Shown piece by piece: positions 49,064 to 57,782 of a stretch of 64,000 bases of DNA. The stretch is from NCBI GenBank assembly GCA_004212155.1, contig RXIG01000019.1, positions 1 through 64,000 of the forward strand. Direction: 5' to 3'. The notes below the pieces were generated by a model. That model did not search any database. It was not told the origin of the DNA and saw only the letters and a program-made list of their open reading frames with translations. The position numbers and the translations under genes were made by a program. Numbering within the stretch: the stretch's first letter is position 1; each line of letters starts with the position of its first letter. Source of the stretch: an archaeon. Lineage in GTDB: Archaea > Methanobacteriota_B > Thermococci > Methanofastidiosales > NM3.

Positions 49064-50505
49064 TGTGGGGAAGAGGTGCCTTTCCCATAATGGAGTGCGT
49101 CTTTTCTGCATGCGGTAAGGCATTTCCCGCATGCTATGCACTCGCCGGAGCCGGTGACAAGGTCTCTTCCCATGGGACACGCCCTGTTACACGCCTTGCA
49201 CCCAACGCACGAACCTTTTTTCACTCGAACATTATATATCGAGAGCTTCTCCGTTGCCCATAACAACGCGCCGAGAGGACAGGCAATCCTGCAAAATCCC
49301 CGTTCGATGAATAGTGACGAGATGATTAGCAGGATGGTCAGGCCCCCGAGGACACCCCACTGGAATCTTCGTACAAAGATGAAGTAGAAGGGATCGTATT
49401 CACAAAACACTGCTCGGGCTTGTGCGATGGCATAGAAAAGCATTGTCCCAAGGACGAGGAACTTGATGTAGTGTGCCCACCTTGGCACTTTCCGTGGTGT
49501 ACGAATTTTGAATGCACGCCTGCCGCCATCGTAGAGGAATTTCTGTACGGCACCAAAAAAACAGACCCATCCGCAAAATATCCTGCCAAAAAGCAATGAT
49601 GTGAAGATCGGGATGATGACCAGTATGATCCAGTGAATGGGGATCACATCGACGACGAACGGCTGCGCGATGGCGCCTAAATGGCACATGCAGCCCTCGA
49701 GGTACAGACCGAAGTATGCAAGGCTTGCCGCAAGGGTGAGGTAGCGGGCACGGTATCGCGCCTTGATGAAGAGCAACGCGGATGTGATGAGCAGCAGCAC
49801 CAACACTGCATCTCGAACATAAAACGAGAAGTCAAACACCACTGGGTTGTTCGAATCGTCAGCTGCGGGATGTGCATCGTAATAGAGACCTTCCAACGTT
49901 TCTCTGATGACGTGTTTATCAATGCCGTACGTTCGCCATAACTGGTCCATTGTCATCGGAGAGTCGGCTTCGATCCCAAAAGCGTTCATGACATCATCGA
50001 TTGGTATCCCATAGGTCTGGGCAACCTCAACGATCGTCATCGTGCGTATCTTCGACCACGAAAAGAAAAAGACCTCATCAGGCGCCCCGTCTGACGGTGG
50101 CAATGGCGCGCCACCCACGCTAAAGGGCATGCTCTTTTCTATCAATCCATATCGCGAACAATCACGTGTGACGGTGATATGCCCTGTACCTTCCTCGCTG
50201 CCTGTAAGAGTAAACGTCTTCTCGTACATAGTGGGGGATACTTGTTGCCATGTTGACGTTCCTATCACCTGGAGCTGATTAGGGATGGCGATCTCCGTAT
50301 CGTCAATATCGAGGGGGCAGTTGGCATGGATGATGACGATCGTGACAGAAAGCGTTGCCTCTTCGCCGATGTCAAGTTCCAAAGAGGCTGGTTCGAAGAG
50401 AATTTCCCGATCTGCCAGGTCATCAAGCCCGCACGTGATGGTGGTGTGCAAAGGAGAAAAGAACACCAAAAGGAGCACGATTGCAAAAAGTGCCGCGTTT
50501 TTCAT
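49057..50505 (-). CDS. Membrane 4Fe-4S binding protein (NapH/MauN-like) with extracellular N-terminal domains
   Basis: Signal peptide; GRIFCGWVCFFG, RGFCRIACPLG, CVGCKACNRACP, CIACGKCLTAC. Confidence 0.85.
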   Translation of the reverse strand: MKNAALFAIVLLLVFFSPLHTTITCGLDDLADREILFEPASLELDIGEEATLSVTIVIIHANCPLDIDDTEIAIPNQLQVIGTSTWQQVSPTMYEKTFTLTGSEEGTGHITVTRDCSRYGLIEKSMPFSVGGAPLPPSDGAPDEVFFFSWSKIRTMTIVEVAQTYGIPIDDVMNAFGIEADSPMTMDQLWRTYGIDKHVIRETLEGLYYDAHPAADDSNNPVVFDFSFYVRDAVLVLLLITSALLFIKARYRARYLTLAASLAYFGLYLEGCMCHLGAIAQPFVVDVIPIHWIILVIIPIFTSLLFGRIFCGWVCFFGAVQKFLYDGGRRAFKIRTPRKVPRWAHYIKFLVLGTMLFYAIAQARAVFCEYDPFYFIFVRRFQWGVLGGLTILLIISSLFIERGFCRIACPLGALLWATEKLSIYNVRVKKGSCVGCKACNRACPMGRDLVTGSGECIACGKCLTACRKDALHYGKGTSSPHH

Positions 50506-50540
50506 ACAATGCCCCTTCTGGTTATCGCCGCATCGCCAGG

Positions 50541-51041
50541 CTACACTTCAAAGACGTCGATTGCGCCAGTATCGTCGAAGATATGGAAGGTGATCACGCG
50601 ATCATCCTCGTAGGCGAGCTCGAACTCCGTATTGTCGCGAACGTGGCAATAAAGAGGATAGATATACTGTACATCGCCCTTGTAGATGCGAAACGTGTCA
50701 TGTGTCGTCCTGATGACAAAATCCTCGTCCTCCGGCAGGTATCGTATCCTGACCACATCCTCAGGATCCACGGACGATATGCCCGGAGCGTACTTCTCAA
50801 GCCGCGTGAGATTCGTGCCATGCACAAGGTCCGAGTAGAGCATCTTGCATATGGCGACGTTGCGGTAATAGTTCTCAGGGCGTTTATCCTCGCGTATGAG
50901 CCGATAGCGCCGCCTGTACTCAAACGCATCGTCTTCAGGAACGTACTGCTCGATGGTCCTCCCTTCAGGCGTATGGTTCTTGATGTGCTCTATGATCTCG
51001 GAGATGTCACCAAGGATAACGGTGTGCTGTGGCTGCGCCAT
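50541..51041 (-). CDS. Hypothetical protein
   Basis: 166-aa ORF with normal globular composition; AT-rich promoter-like segment at about 51057-51075. Confidence 0.65.
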   Translation of the reverse strand: MAQPQHTVILGDISEIIEHIKNHTPEGRTIEQYVPEDDAFEYRRRYRLIREDKRPENYYRNVAICKMLYSDLVHGTNLTRLEKYAPGISSVDPEDVVRIRYLPEDEDFVIRTTHDTFRIYKGDVQYIYPLYCHVRDNTEFELAYEDDRVITFHIFDDTGAIDVFEV

Positions 51042-51267
51042 ACGATAAGGTAGCGCTTTAATTAAAAATAGTTTTGGTTCGATTGGCGAGGCACATGAGA
51101 ATGAAATGTCCTAGGCCTGCCAGAATCAGCAACGGGCGGCAATTCAAGTAATATTTATAAGTGCCGCATGAGATGATTAAATGCATGCGTTGGGCCTTAG
51201 AGGTTATCAACATAGTTTCCGACTCTCGAGGGTCCTTCGCATGCTCTCAGACTCACAAGGCGATGTC

Positions 51268-52188
51268 ATGAACAGGTTCAAGGGAAGGGACTTCATCAGT
51301 TTGAAGGATTATACTCGCGAAGAGCTCTACTTCTATTTCCATACTGCAGAACACATGAAATCCCAGACGAAAGCGGACGTGTTCGTGTCGGCGTTGAGTG
51401 GGAGGACGCTCGCCATGGTCTTCCAGAAGCCCTCACTTCGAACTCGCGCATCGTTTGATATAGGCATGCACCAGCTCGGCGGTCATGCGCTCTATCTCGG
51501 ACCGGATGAGATACAGCTTGGCAAGCGAGAGGCGATAAGGGACGTGGCATCGGTGCTTGACCGCTATGCCGACGGCATCATGGCGCGCGTATTCGCACAT
51601 GATGACATACTGGAGCTTGCCACCCATGCACGCGTACCAGTCATCAACGGCCTCTCCGACCTGCTCCACCCATGCCAGGCGCTTGCAGACTACCTCACGA
51701 TGTTTGAGCGATTCGGCTCGCTCGAGGATCTGAGGCTAGCATACATTGGCGATGGCAACAACGTCTGTCATTCATTGCTCTACGGCGCGCGGATCTTTGG
51801 CATGTCGATGCGTATCGCAACACCCAAAGGCTACGCTCCCGACAACACGATCCTCGAAGAAAACGAGGAGGCGGGACTGGACGTCATGCTCACCAACGAC
51901 CCGGGCGAAGCGGCAAGGAAAGCGGACGTCGTATACACGGATAGTTGGGTGTCAATGGGACAGGAAAAGGACCAGGAGCGCCGCGAAAAGGACTTTTCAG
52001 GATTTACCATAGACACATCGCTGCTCGAGGGCGCCGACCCGAACCATGTTGTGATGCACTGCCTTCCGGCCCACAGGGGAAAGGAGATTACAAACGAGGT
52101 CATAGACGGCCCCCACTCGATCGTTTTCGACCAGGCTGAGAACAGGCTGCACGCCCAAAAGGCGGTGCTGGCACTCAATCTGCGCTGA
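51268..52188 (+). CDS. argF: Ornithine carbamoyltransferase
   Basis: KPSLRT, HPCQ, GDGNNV, DSWVSMG, HCLP, QAENR; start MNRFKG. Confidence 0.93.
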   Translation: MNRFKGRDFISLKDYTREELYFYFHTAEHMKSQTKADVFVSALSGRTLAMVFQKPSLRTRASFDIGMHQLGGHALYLGPDEIQLGKREAIRDVASVLDRYADGIMARVFAHDDILELATHARVPVINGLSDLLHPCQALADYLTMFERFGSLEDLRLAYIGDGNNVCHSLLYGARIFGMSMRIATPKGYAPDNTILEENEEAGLDVMLTNDPGEAARKADVVYTDSWVSMGQEKDQERREKDFSGFTIDTSLLEGADPNHVVMHCLPAHRGKEITNEVIDGPHSIVFDQAENRLHAQKAVLALNLR

Positions 52189-52189
52189 T

Positions 52190-53101
52190 ATGGGGGAGGG
52201 TGACATGATGCCCTCTTACGTCACATCACTGCAGGATGGAAGCTTCGAATCTAAGCGACATGCTCTTGAACACACCCTTGCCAACTGCACATTGTGTCCC
52301 CGGGAGTGTGGTGTCGATCGCACGGCGGGAGAACGGGGTTACTGCAATGCTGATGTAAGGATGAAGATAGCGTCGTGGGGGGCCCACCACGGCGAGGAGT
52401 CGCCTCTTGTCGGCACGCACGGGTCTGGCACGATCTTCCTTTCACACTGCCCGCTTCGATGCATCTACTGCCAAAATCATGACATAAGCATCGAGGGGCA
52501 CGGCGTGCACTGTTCAATCGATGACGCTGCATCGATGATGCTACACCTCCAAGGCCAAGGATGCCACAACATCAACCTTGTTACCCCCACTCATTACACA
52601 CCGCAACTGGTGGGTGCCGTTGGCATCGCTGCGCACCAGGGACTAAGGCTCCCCCTGGTGTGGAATTGTGGAGGATACGAATCCTTTGCCACCATACGCA
52701 ATCTTGACGGTATCGTCGACATCTACATGCCCGATGTCAAGTATGCCAGCACCGAGCTGGCAACGGCATATTCCGACGCACCGGACTACTTTGAACGGTG
52801 CATTGAATCGCTGTATGAGATGCACGATCAGGTAGGCGACCTCGTGGTAGAAAACGGTCTTGCAACACGAGGGCTTCTCATACGCCATCTCGTGCTCCCG
52901 GGGCATGTCGATGACAGTAAATGCGTCGTCGATGCCGTGGCAGAGCTATCGGACGACAGTTACCTCAACATCATGGAACAATATAGGCCATGTCACCATG
53001 CGTCTTGCTATCCCGGAATGGATAGGCACGTCATGGACAAAGAAGTTAGAGAGGTGCGTGCATACGCACGCGAGCGTGGGTTGCGGAGAACGACGACATG
53101 A
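52190..53101 (+). CDS. PflX-like radical SAM protein
   Basis: CTLCPRECGVDR, HHGEE, GSGTIF, CPLRCIYCQN, NINLVTPTH, DIYMPD.K, RHLVLPG, QYRP. Confidence 0.9.
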   Translation: MGEGDMMPSYVTSLQDGSFESKRHALEHTLANCTLCPRECGVDRTAGERGYCNADVRMKIASWGAHHGEESPLVGTHGSGTIFLSHCPLRCIYCQNHDISIEGHGVHCSIDDAASMMLHLQGQGCHNINLVTPTHYTPQLVGAVGIAAHQGLRLPLVWNCGGYESFATIRNLDGIVDIYMPDVKYASTELATAYSDAPDYFERCIESLYEMHDQVGDLVVENGLATRGLLIRHLVLPGHVDDSKCVVDAVAELSDDSYLNIMEQYRPCHHASCYPGMDRHVMDKEVREVRAYARERGLRRTTT

Positions 53102-54577
53102 TCATATGCTTTGCCGCAGCGCTTCGAGGCGGCGTTCGACGAATTCGAGGATCTGTGTCGCCTGCTGGGCCTCCTCCTTGGAGATCATATCGTTCCTGAC
53201 AAGATTGTAGAACATCTCGAGCAGGCTTTGATATTTTTCATACAATGAGAAGTACTGGGCTGGTGAAGCGGCGTTGACCGTCTCGGTGAAGACGCGAAGG
53301 TCCTTGAGATACTCCTTCCAGAACGTGCGAACACCAAGGTATTCCTCCTTTTGCTTCTCCTCGCTCTCCCTGCGCTTTCGCTGCCGTTCGTCCTGGTACC
53401 TCGTCCGAGACTGTACGAGCTTCTCCTTGCAGCGATAGAGCTGGTTCTTCGTCTTGGCCAGCTCGTTCTTGTCAAGCTTGTCCTCGATGACCTTGTAGTG
53501 CGAGACGAGGTCCTGGTACTCGCTGTGAAGTGTATCATAGTCCTTCTTGTCTGCTTGCGAGAGGAACTGGCGCATCCTGTCATCAAGTGTTTCTGCGACC
53601 TCTTGCGTCCGTTCGCCCTCGACGACGGAAAGGATGCGGCGCTCGAACTCCGAAAGCCGCTTTGACACGATCATCTCATAGGTGGGGTTTCCCTCTGGAA
53701 GCTCCTTCCTGCGCTCAAGCAGGAGGTTGTAGTCATACTGTGCGCGCTCGGGATCCTTAGCTATCTGTTGTCTGGTGTAGCGCCTCAAAGCCTTGTCCAT
53801 CTCCAGGAGGTACTCCTCAAGCACTTCCTTGTACTCCCTTTTCTGGACCGTCTGTTCTGCCTTTGACACGAGCTCGCGCATTACCTCTAGGTTACGTTCT
53901 ATCCTGCCGCGCGTCTCGAAATCGATCGAATATGGCAACCGCGCCGCAGCCTTCTCCAAAAAGGAAAGGGCTAGTTTTGACTGATCAAGATTCTGCTCCA
54001 CAAAAGCGGGAGAATACTTCTTCACGACATCCTCGGTCTGATGCAGGAGCTCTTGTGCCCGTTCCTGTGGCGTTCTCCTTTGGGGATGCTTCTCCTTGAC
54101 AGGTTCCTCAGGGTGCTGGGTGGCTTGCGCCTGTACGGCCCCCGCAGGAGGGGCGTCGGCCGTATCGCCACCAGACGCTTCGACAGCCTCGGTAGCTCGC
54201 GGCGAGGGCTCGCCAGATCCTACGGATGGCCCGATAGGCTGTTTATCCACTCCTTCTGAGAAGGTTGCGTCGGTCGGGTCCTCATGGAGCTCTTCGCCGG
54301 CCTGAGTAGGCTTCGACGAAGATGCCATGGAAGTAAGCGATTCCGGGGCTTTTTCCGCCCCTTGCCCTTTCTCGTCCTGGACCGCGGCGTTCACGTCATC
54401 ATGGGGGGCCTCGTCGACCTGGGCGGACTTTGACAAGGATTCATCTGACACGTCACTTGGCGCCTGGGAAGCATCCTCGCTTCCCAATCTGCGCTCCTTT
54501 TCCTCCAACTCTTCCTGTTCCTTGACTACCGTCTCGAGGTATTCACGAATGTTTTGAGCAGATTGCTTGGCCATCAA
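53102..54577 (-). CDS. Hypothetical protein: N-terminal helix, acidic disordered region, helical C-terminal domain
   Basis: 491-aa ORF; residues about 30-165 are rich in A/E/S/P/D/Q; the rest is alpha-helical. Confidence 0.8.
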   Translation of the reverse strand: MMAKQSAQNIREYLETVVKEQEELEEKERRLGSEDASQAPSDVSDESLSKSAQVDEAPHDDVNAAVQDEKGQGAEKAPESLTSMASSSKPTQAGEELHEDPTDATFSEGVDKQPIGPSVGSGEPSPRATEAVEASGGDTADAPPAGAVQAQATQHPEEPVKEKHPQRRTPQERAQELLHQTEDVVKKYSPAFVEQNLDQSKLALSFLEKAAARLPYSIDFETRGRIERNLEVMRELVSKAEQTVQKREYKEVLEEYLLEMDKALRRYTRQQIAKDPERAQYDYNLLLERRKELPEGNPTYEMIVSKRLSEFERRILSVVEGERTQEVAETLDDRMRQFLSQADKKDYDTLHSEYQDLVSHYKVIEDKLDKNELAKTKNQLYRCKEKLVQSRTRYQDERQRKRRESEEKQKEEYLGVRTFWKEYLKDLRVFTETVNAASPAQYFSLYEKYQSLLEMFYNLVRNDMISKEEAQQATQILEFVERRLEALRQSI

Positions 54578-54591
54578 CGCACACCTTTAGC

Positions 54592-54687
54592 TTATTTTCA
54601 CATGTGATTTATATATAGTTTTCTATAACGGGGGAATTACGACCGTAATACCTTTTGAAAATGGATTAATCAGATTATTTCACATGA
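54592..54687. repeat. 13-bp direct repeat TTATTTTCACATG in a divergent promoter
   Basis: Copies at 54592-54604 and 54675-54687. Confidence 0.7.
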
Positions 54688-54785
54688 ATGTCCGCCGATT
54701 TGGCTTGGGTGAAACGGCCATTTCGGCAACAATGAAATAATAAAAAGCATTTTAAATGCATGAATCATTCTCTGTAGTGGTATCG

Positions 54786-56444
54786 ATGGAATTTTCAGAG
54801 ATTTGCGAGCATTTCGAACAACTCGAACAGACATCGAGCAGATTGGAAAAGACTGGCATCGTCACATCGCTTCTTACACGTGCTCACAAGGACGAGATAC
54901 CCATCATCGTTCAACTCATTTTGGGCAGCGTCTTTCCTACCTGGTCCACGGAGAAGGTGGGCGTGGGAGAGAAGCTTCTCATCAAGGTCGTAGCGGACGT
55001 CACAGGCCTCACGGAAGGTGCAATACTCGGTTATCTCAAGGATACGGGAGATGTGGGCCGTGCGGTCGAACAGGCCATGGAAAATAAGAAACAGGTCATG
55101 TTCCTTACCGAGGACCTTTCGCTCTCACGCGTCTATGACGACCTTACAAAGATATCGCAATACGAAGGCAAGCGAAGCCAGGACAAGAAGCTCAAGATAC
55201 TTGCAGGATTGCTTACGAACGCATCCCCGCTCGAGGCGCGCTACCTTTCACGCATCGTTGTCGAGAAGATGCGCACCGGCGTTGCAGAAGGGACAGTGCG
55301 CGATGGCATCGCACGTGCGTTCGGTGTGCCAAGCGACGTGGTCGAGAAGGCGTTTATGGTCTCAAACGACATGGGGCTCGTGGCAAAAAAGGCATGCGAG
55401 GGCAAAGAGGCACTCTCGACGCTCTCGCTCATGCTGTTTCGACCGATCAAGATGATGGCGGCGCAGAAGGTGTCGACCATCGAGGAGGGGTTCGAGATCG
55501 TAGGCACCCCTTGCGCCGTCGAGTACAAATACGACGGCTTCAGGATGCAGATACACAAGGAAGGCTCGAAGGTGCACATCTTCACCCGAAGGCTCGAGGA
55601 CGTGACGCGCCAGTTCAGGGACGTTGTCGATGTCGTGCGCGAAAACATCGCGGGCGACTGCATCATCGAAGCAGAGACCATAGGCATCGCCGAGGACGGC
55701 CGATGGCTCCCCTTCCAGCAGATATCCCGGCGCATAAAGCGAAAATACGACATCGATGAGATAATAGACAAGATCCCCGTAATGACCAACGTCTTTGATG
55801 TACTCTACCTCGATGGCAAGAGCATGATAGACGAGCCGTTCAAAACCCGCCGCCAAAGGCTTGAGAAGATCGTCACGAGCGTCCCGCGAAAGCTCGTGCT
55901 CTCCAAGATGATCATCACCGACGACGCTAAGGAGGCGCGCACCTTCTTCTCCGAATCGCTTTCCCTGGGCAACGAGGGCGTTATGCTCAAGAACCTCTCT
56001 AGCCCATACACGCCCGGGTTGCGCGTTGGCCACATGCTCAAGCTGAAGTCGGTACTGGAGAGCCTCGACTGCATCGTGATAGGGGCGGAGTGGGGCACGG
56101 GACGGCGAGCCCACTATCTTGGTTCGTTCCACCTTGCAGTGCTCGATGAGAACAACATGCCCGTCATGTTAGGGAAGGTGGCAACAGGCATCACCGACGA
56201 GATGCTCGAAACACTGACCGAGCGCCTTCGCCCACTGATCGAGTATGAGGAGGGGAAGATGGCGCACATCAAGGCCGACCTCGTCGTCGAGGTGGCCTAC
56301 GAGGAGATCCAAAAGAGCCCTCACTACGAGAGCGGATTCGCGCTACGATTCCCACGACTCATACGGATGAGGGAGGACAAGGGACCTGAGGACGCGGACA
56401 CGATCGAACGCGTATATGATATTTATGAAAGCGACATGCTATGA
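54786..56444 (+). CDS. lig: ATP-dependent DNA ligase
   Basis: EYKYDGFR (motif I), EGVMLK, LKLK, EIQKSP, LRFPR; start MEFSE. Confidence 0.96.
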   Translation: MEFSEICEHFEQLEQTSSRLEKTGIVTSLLTRAHKDEIPIIVQLILGSVFPTWSTEKVGVGEKLLIKVVADVTGLTEGAILGYLKDTGDVGRAVEQAMENKKQVMFLTEDLSLSRVYDDLTKISQYEGKRSQDKKLKILAGLLTNASPLEARYLSRIVVEKMRTGVAEGTVRDGIARAFGVPSDVVEKAFMVSNDMGLVAKKACEGKEALSTLSLMLFRPIKMMAAQKVSTIEEGFEIVGTPCAVEYKYDGFRMQIHKEGSKVHIFTRRLEDVTRQFRDVVDVVRENIAGDCIIEAETIGIAEDGRWLPFQQISRRIKRKYDIDEIIDKIPVMTNVFDVLYLDGKSMIDEPFKTRRQRLEKIVTSVPRKLVLSKMIITDDAKEARTFFSESLSLGNEGVMLKNLSSPYTPGLRVGHMLKLKSVLESLDCIVIGAEWGTGRRAHYLGSFHLAVLDENNMPVMLGKVATGITDEMLETLTERLRPLIEYEEGKMAHIKADLVVEVAYEEIQKSPHYESGFALRFPRLIRMREDKGPEDADTIERVYDIYESDML

Positions 56445-56453
56445 TACAACGAG

Positions 56454-56930
56454 GTGAAAGATATGGAACGCATTCAGGACCTGTTTGATGATACGACCGC
56501 CACGTGCATCGCAGACATCTACGAGGGCGTCGCGAACGAGCGACAGGCCGAAAGGGCGCTTGATGCTCTCGAAAAGATAGAGGGGACGATAAACGATGCT
56601 GAGGCAGCATTTGACCGCAAGGAACTCGACCCCATCCTCAAGGAAAACATCGCTAAGCAACTGGAAAATGCCAAAAAGACCACACTCACGCTCAAGCGCT
56701 TCCTGGAGGATGCGCAGGGAGTGGGCGCAACGATCGATCAGCAGCAGGCGAGACGAGACGCATCATCGCTGCACCTGATACTAAACGCCCTGCAGCAGAT
56801 TGCTGCGGAGGTCGACAGGGACTATGTCAAACGGCCCCACCTCATGCACGCCCTCCCGCCTTGTACGGGGTGCAAGACGTGCGGCGACACGTGCGAGACG
56901 GAAGATAAAGGAGAAGAGGAAAAGGATTGA
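56454..56930 (+). CDS. Hypothetical helical protein with C-terminal CxxCxxCxxxC
   Basis: Starts 9 nt after the lig stop; CTGCKTCGDTC near the C-terminus. Confidence 0.7.
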   Translation: MKDMERIQDLFDDTTATCIADIYEGVANERQAERALDALEKIEGTINDAEAAFDRKELDPILKENIAKQLENAKKTTLTLKRFLEDAQGVGATIDQQQARRDASSLHLILNALQQIAAEVDRDYVKRPHLMHALPPCTGCKTCGDTCETEDKGEEEKD

Positions 56931-57722
56931 TCACTCTCTTGAGCGTTTCTCCTTGCTTTCCTGTGCACGCTTTGCCACGATGTCAAGCTCGTCCTGGGAC
57001 AGTTTTTCGAGCACCTCCACAGGACAGCTCGGGTTGAGCGCCACGTTTACGCGAATCTCGTAGAACTTGTCATCAGAGAGCTCAACAAGACATTTCAAGG
57101 GCGCGTTGGGGTTGCCTGCGACACAGTACCTCACATGCCCCTCAAGGTCCTTTGAGAGCTCAGTGAGTGTTTGTTCTGGCAGGCGCGGGTTCATCGCAAC
57201 GCTGCGTCTGACATTGTAGCGTGAATCGCATGCAAGCTTCAACAACGTGTCAAGGGGGGTGTTGGGATTACGGGCCACCTTTCGCCGTACGATCTCCTCC
57301 TTGTCATCGGCCAGCTTCTCCAGCACGTCGGCTGGCGAATTGGGATTGGCCCCTACGGCTATACGGACGTGGTCCGACTCATCGTCTGCGAAGGTGCGCA
57401 ACAGATCGACGGGACAGTTCTCCTCATACGCGAGTATGCGGCGTACGAATGCCACCTGTGATGTAGAGAGCTTACGAATGAGGTCCTCGCTGAGGCTCTC
57501 CCCCTCTCGTTGCTGGTATTCGAGGATCTGATAGATGTAAGGTTCATCCTTGAGGATGACAAGCGCCTCGTCGGGCAGTGCGTCGTTCCAAGCGACGGTG
57601 GCGCGCACGTCTGGATTCTCGTCCTGGGCAAGAGCGACCAGCACGTCGGGAGGCGTGTCCTCCCCCTCGGCCAGCAGCAGTCGTTCTTCCGTATCACCCA
57701 GATCAAGTGGAGGCTTTTCCAT
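56931..57722 (-). CDS. Leucine-rich-variant (LRV)/HEAT-like repeat protein
   Basis: About 24-aa repeats 'LAxDxxxxVRxxVAxNPNxP'. Confidence 0.88.
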   Translation of the reverse strand: MEKPPLDLGDTEERLLLAEGEDTPPDVLVALAQDENPDVRATVAWNDALPDEALVILKDEPYIYQILEYQQREGESLSEDLIRKLSTSQVAFVRRILAYEENCPVDLLRTFADDESDHVRIAVGANPNSPADVLEKLADDKEEIVRRKVARNPNTPLDTLLKLACDSRYNVRRSVAMNPRLPEQTLTELSKDLEGHVRYCVAGNPNAPLKCLVELSDDKFYEIRVNVALNPSCPVEVLEKLSQDELDIVAKRAQESKEKRSRE

Positions 57723-57782
57723 AATATAATCACCTTATTACAGAAAAAGGCATACACCCATTTAAATGTGTATCGTTGCCCT

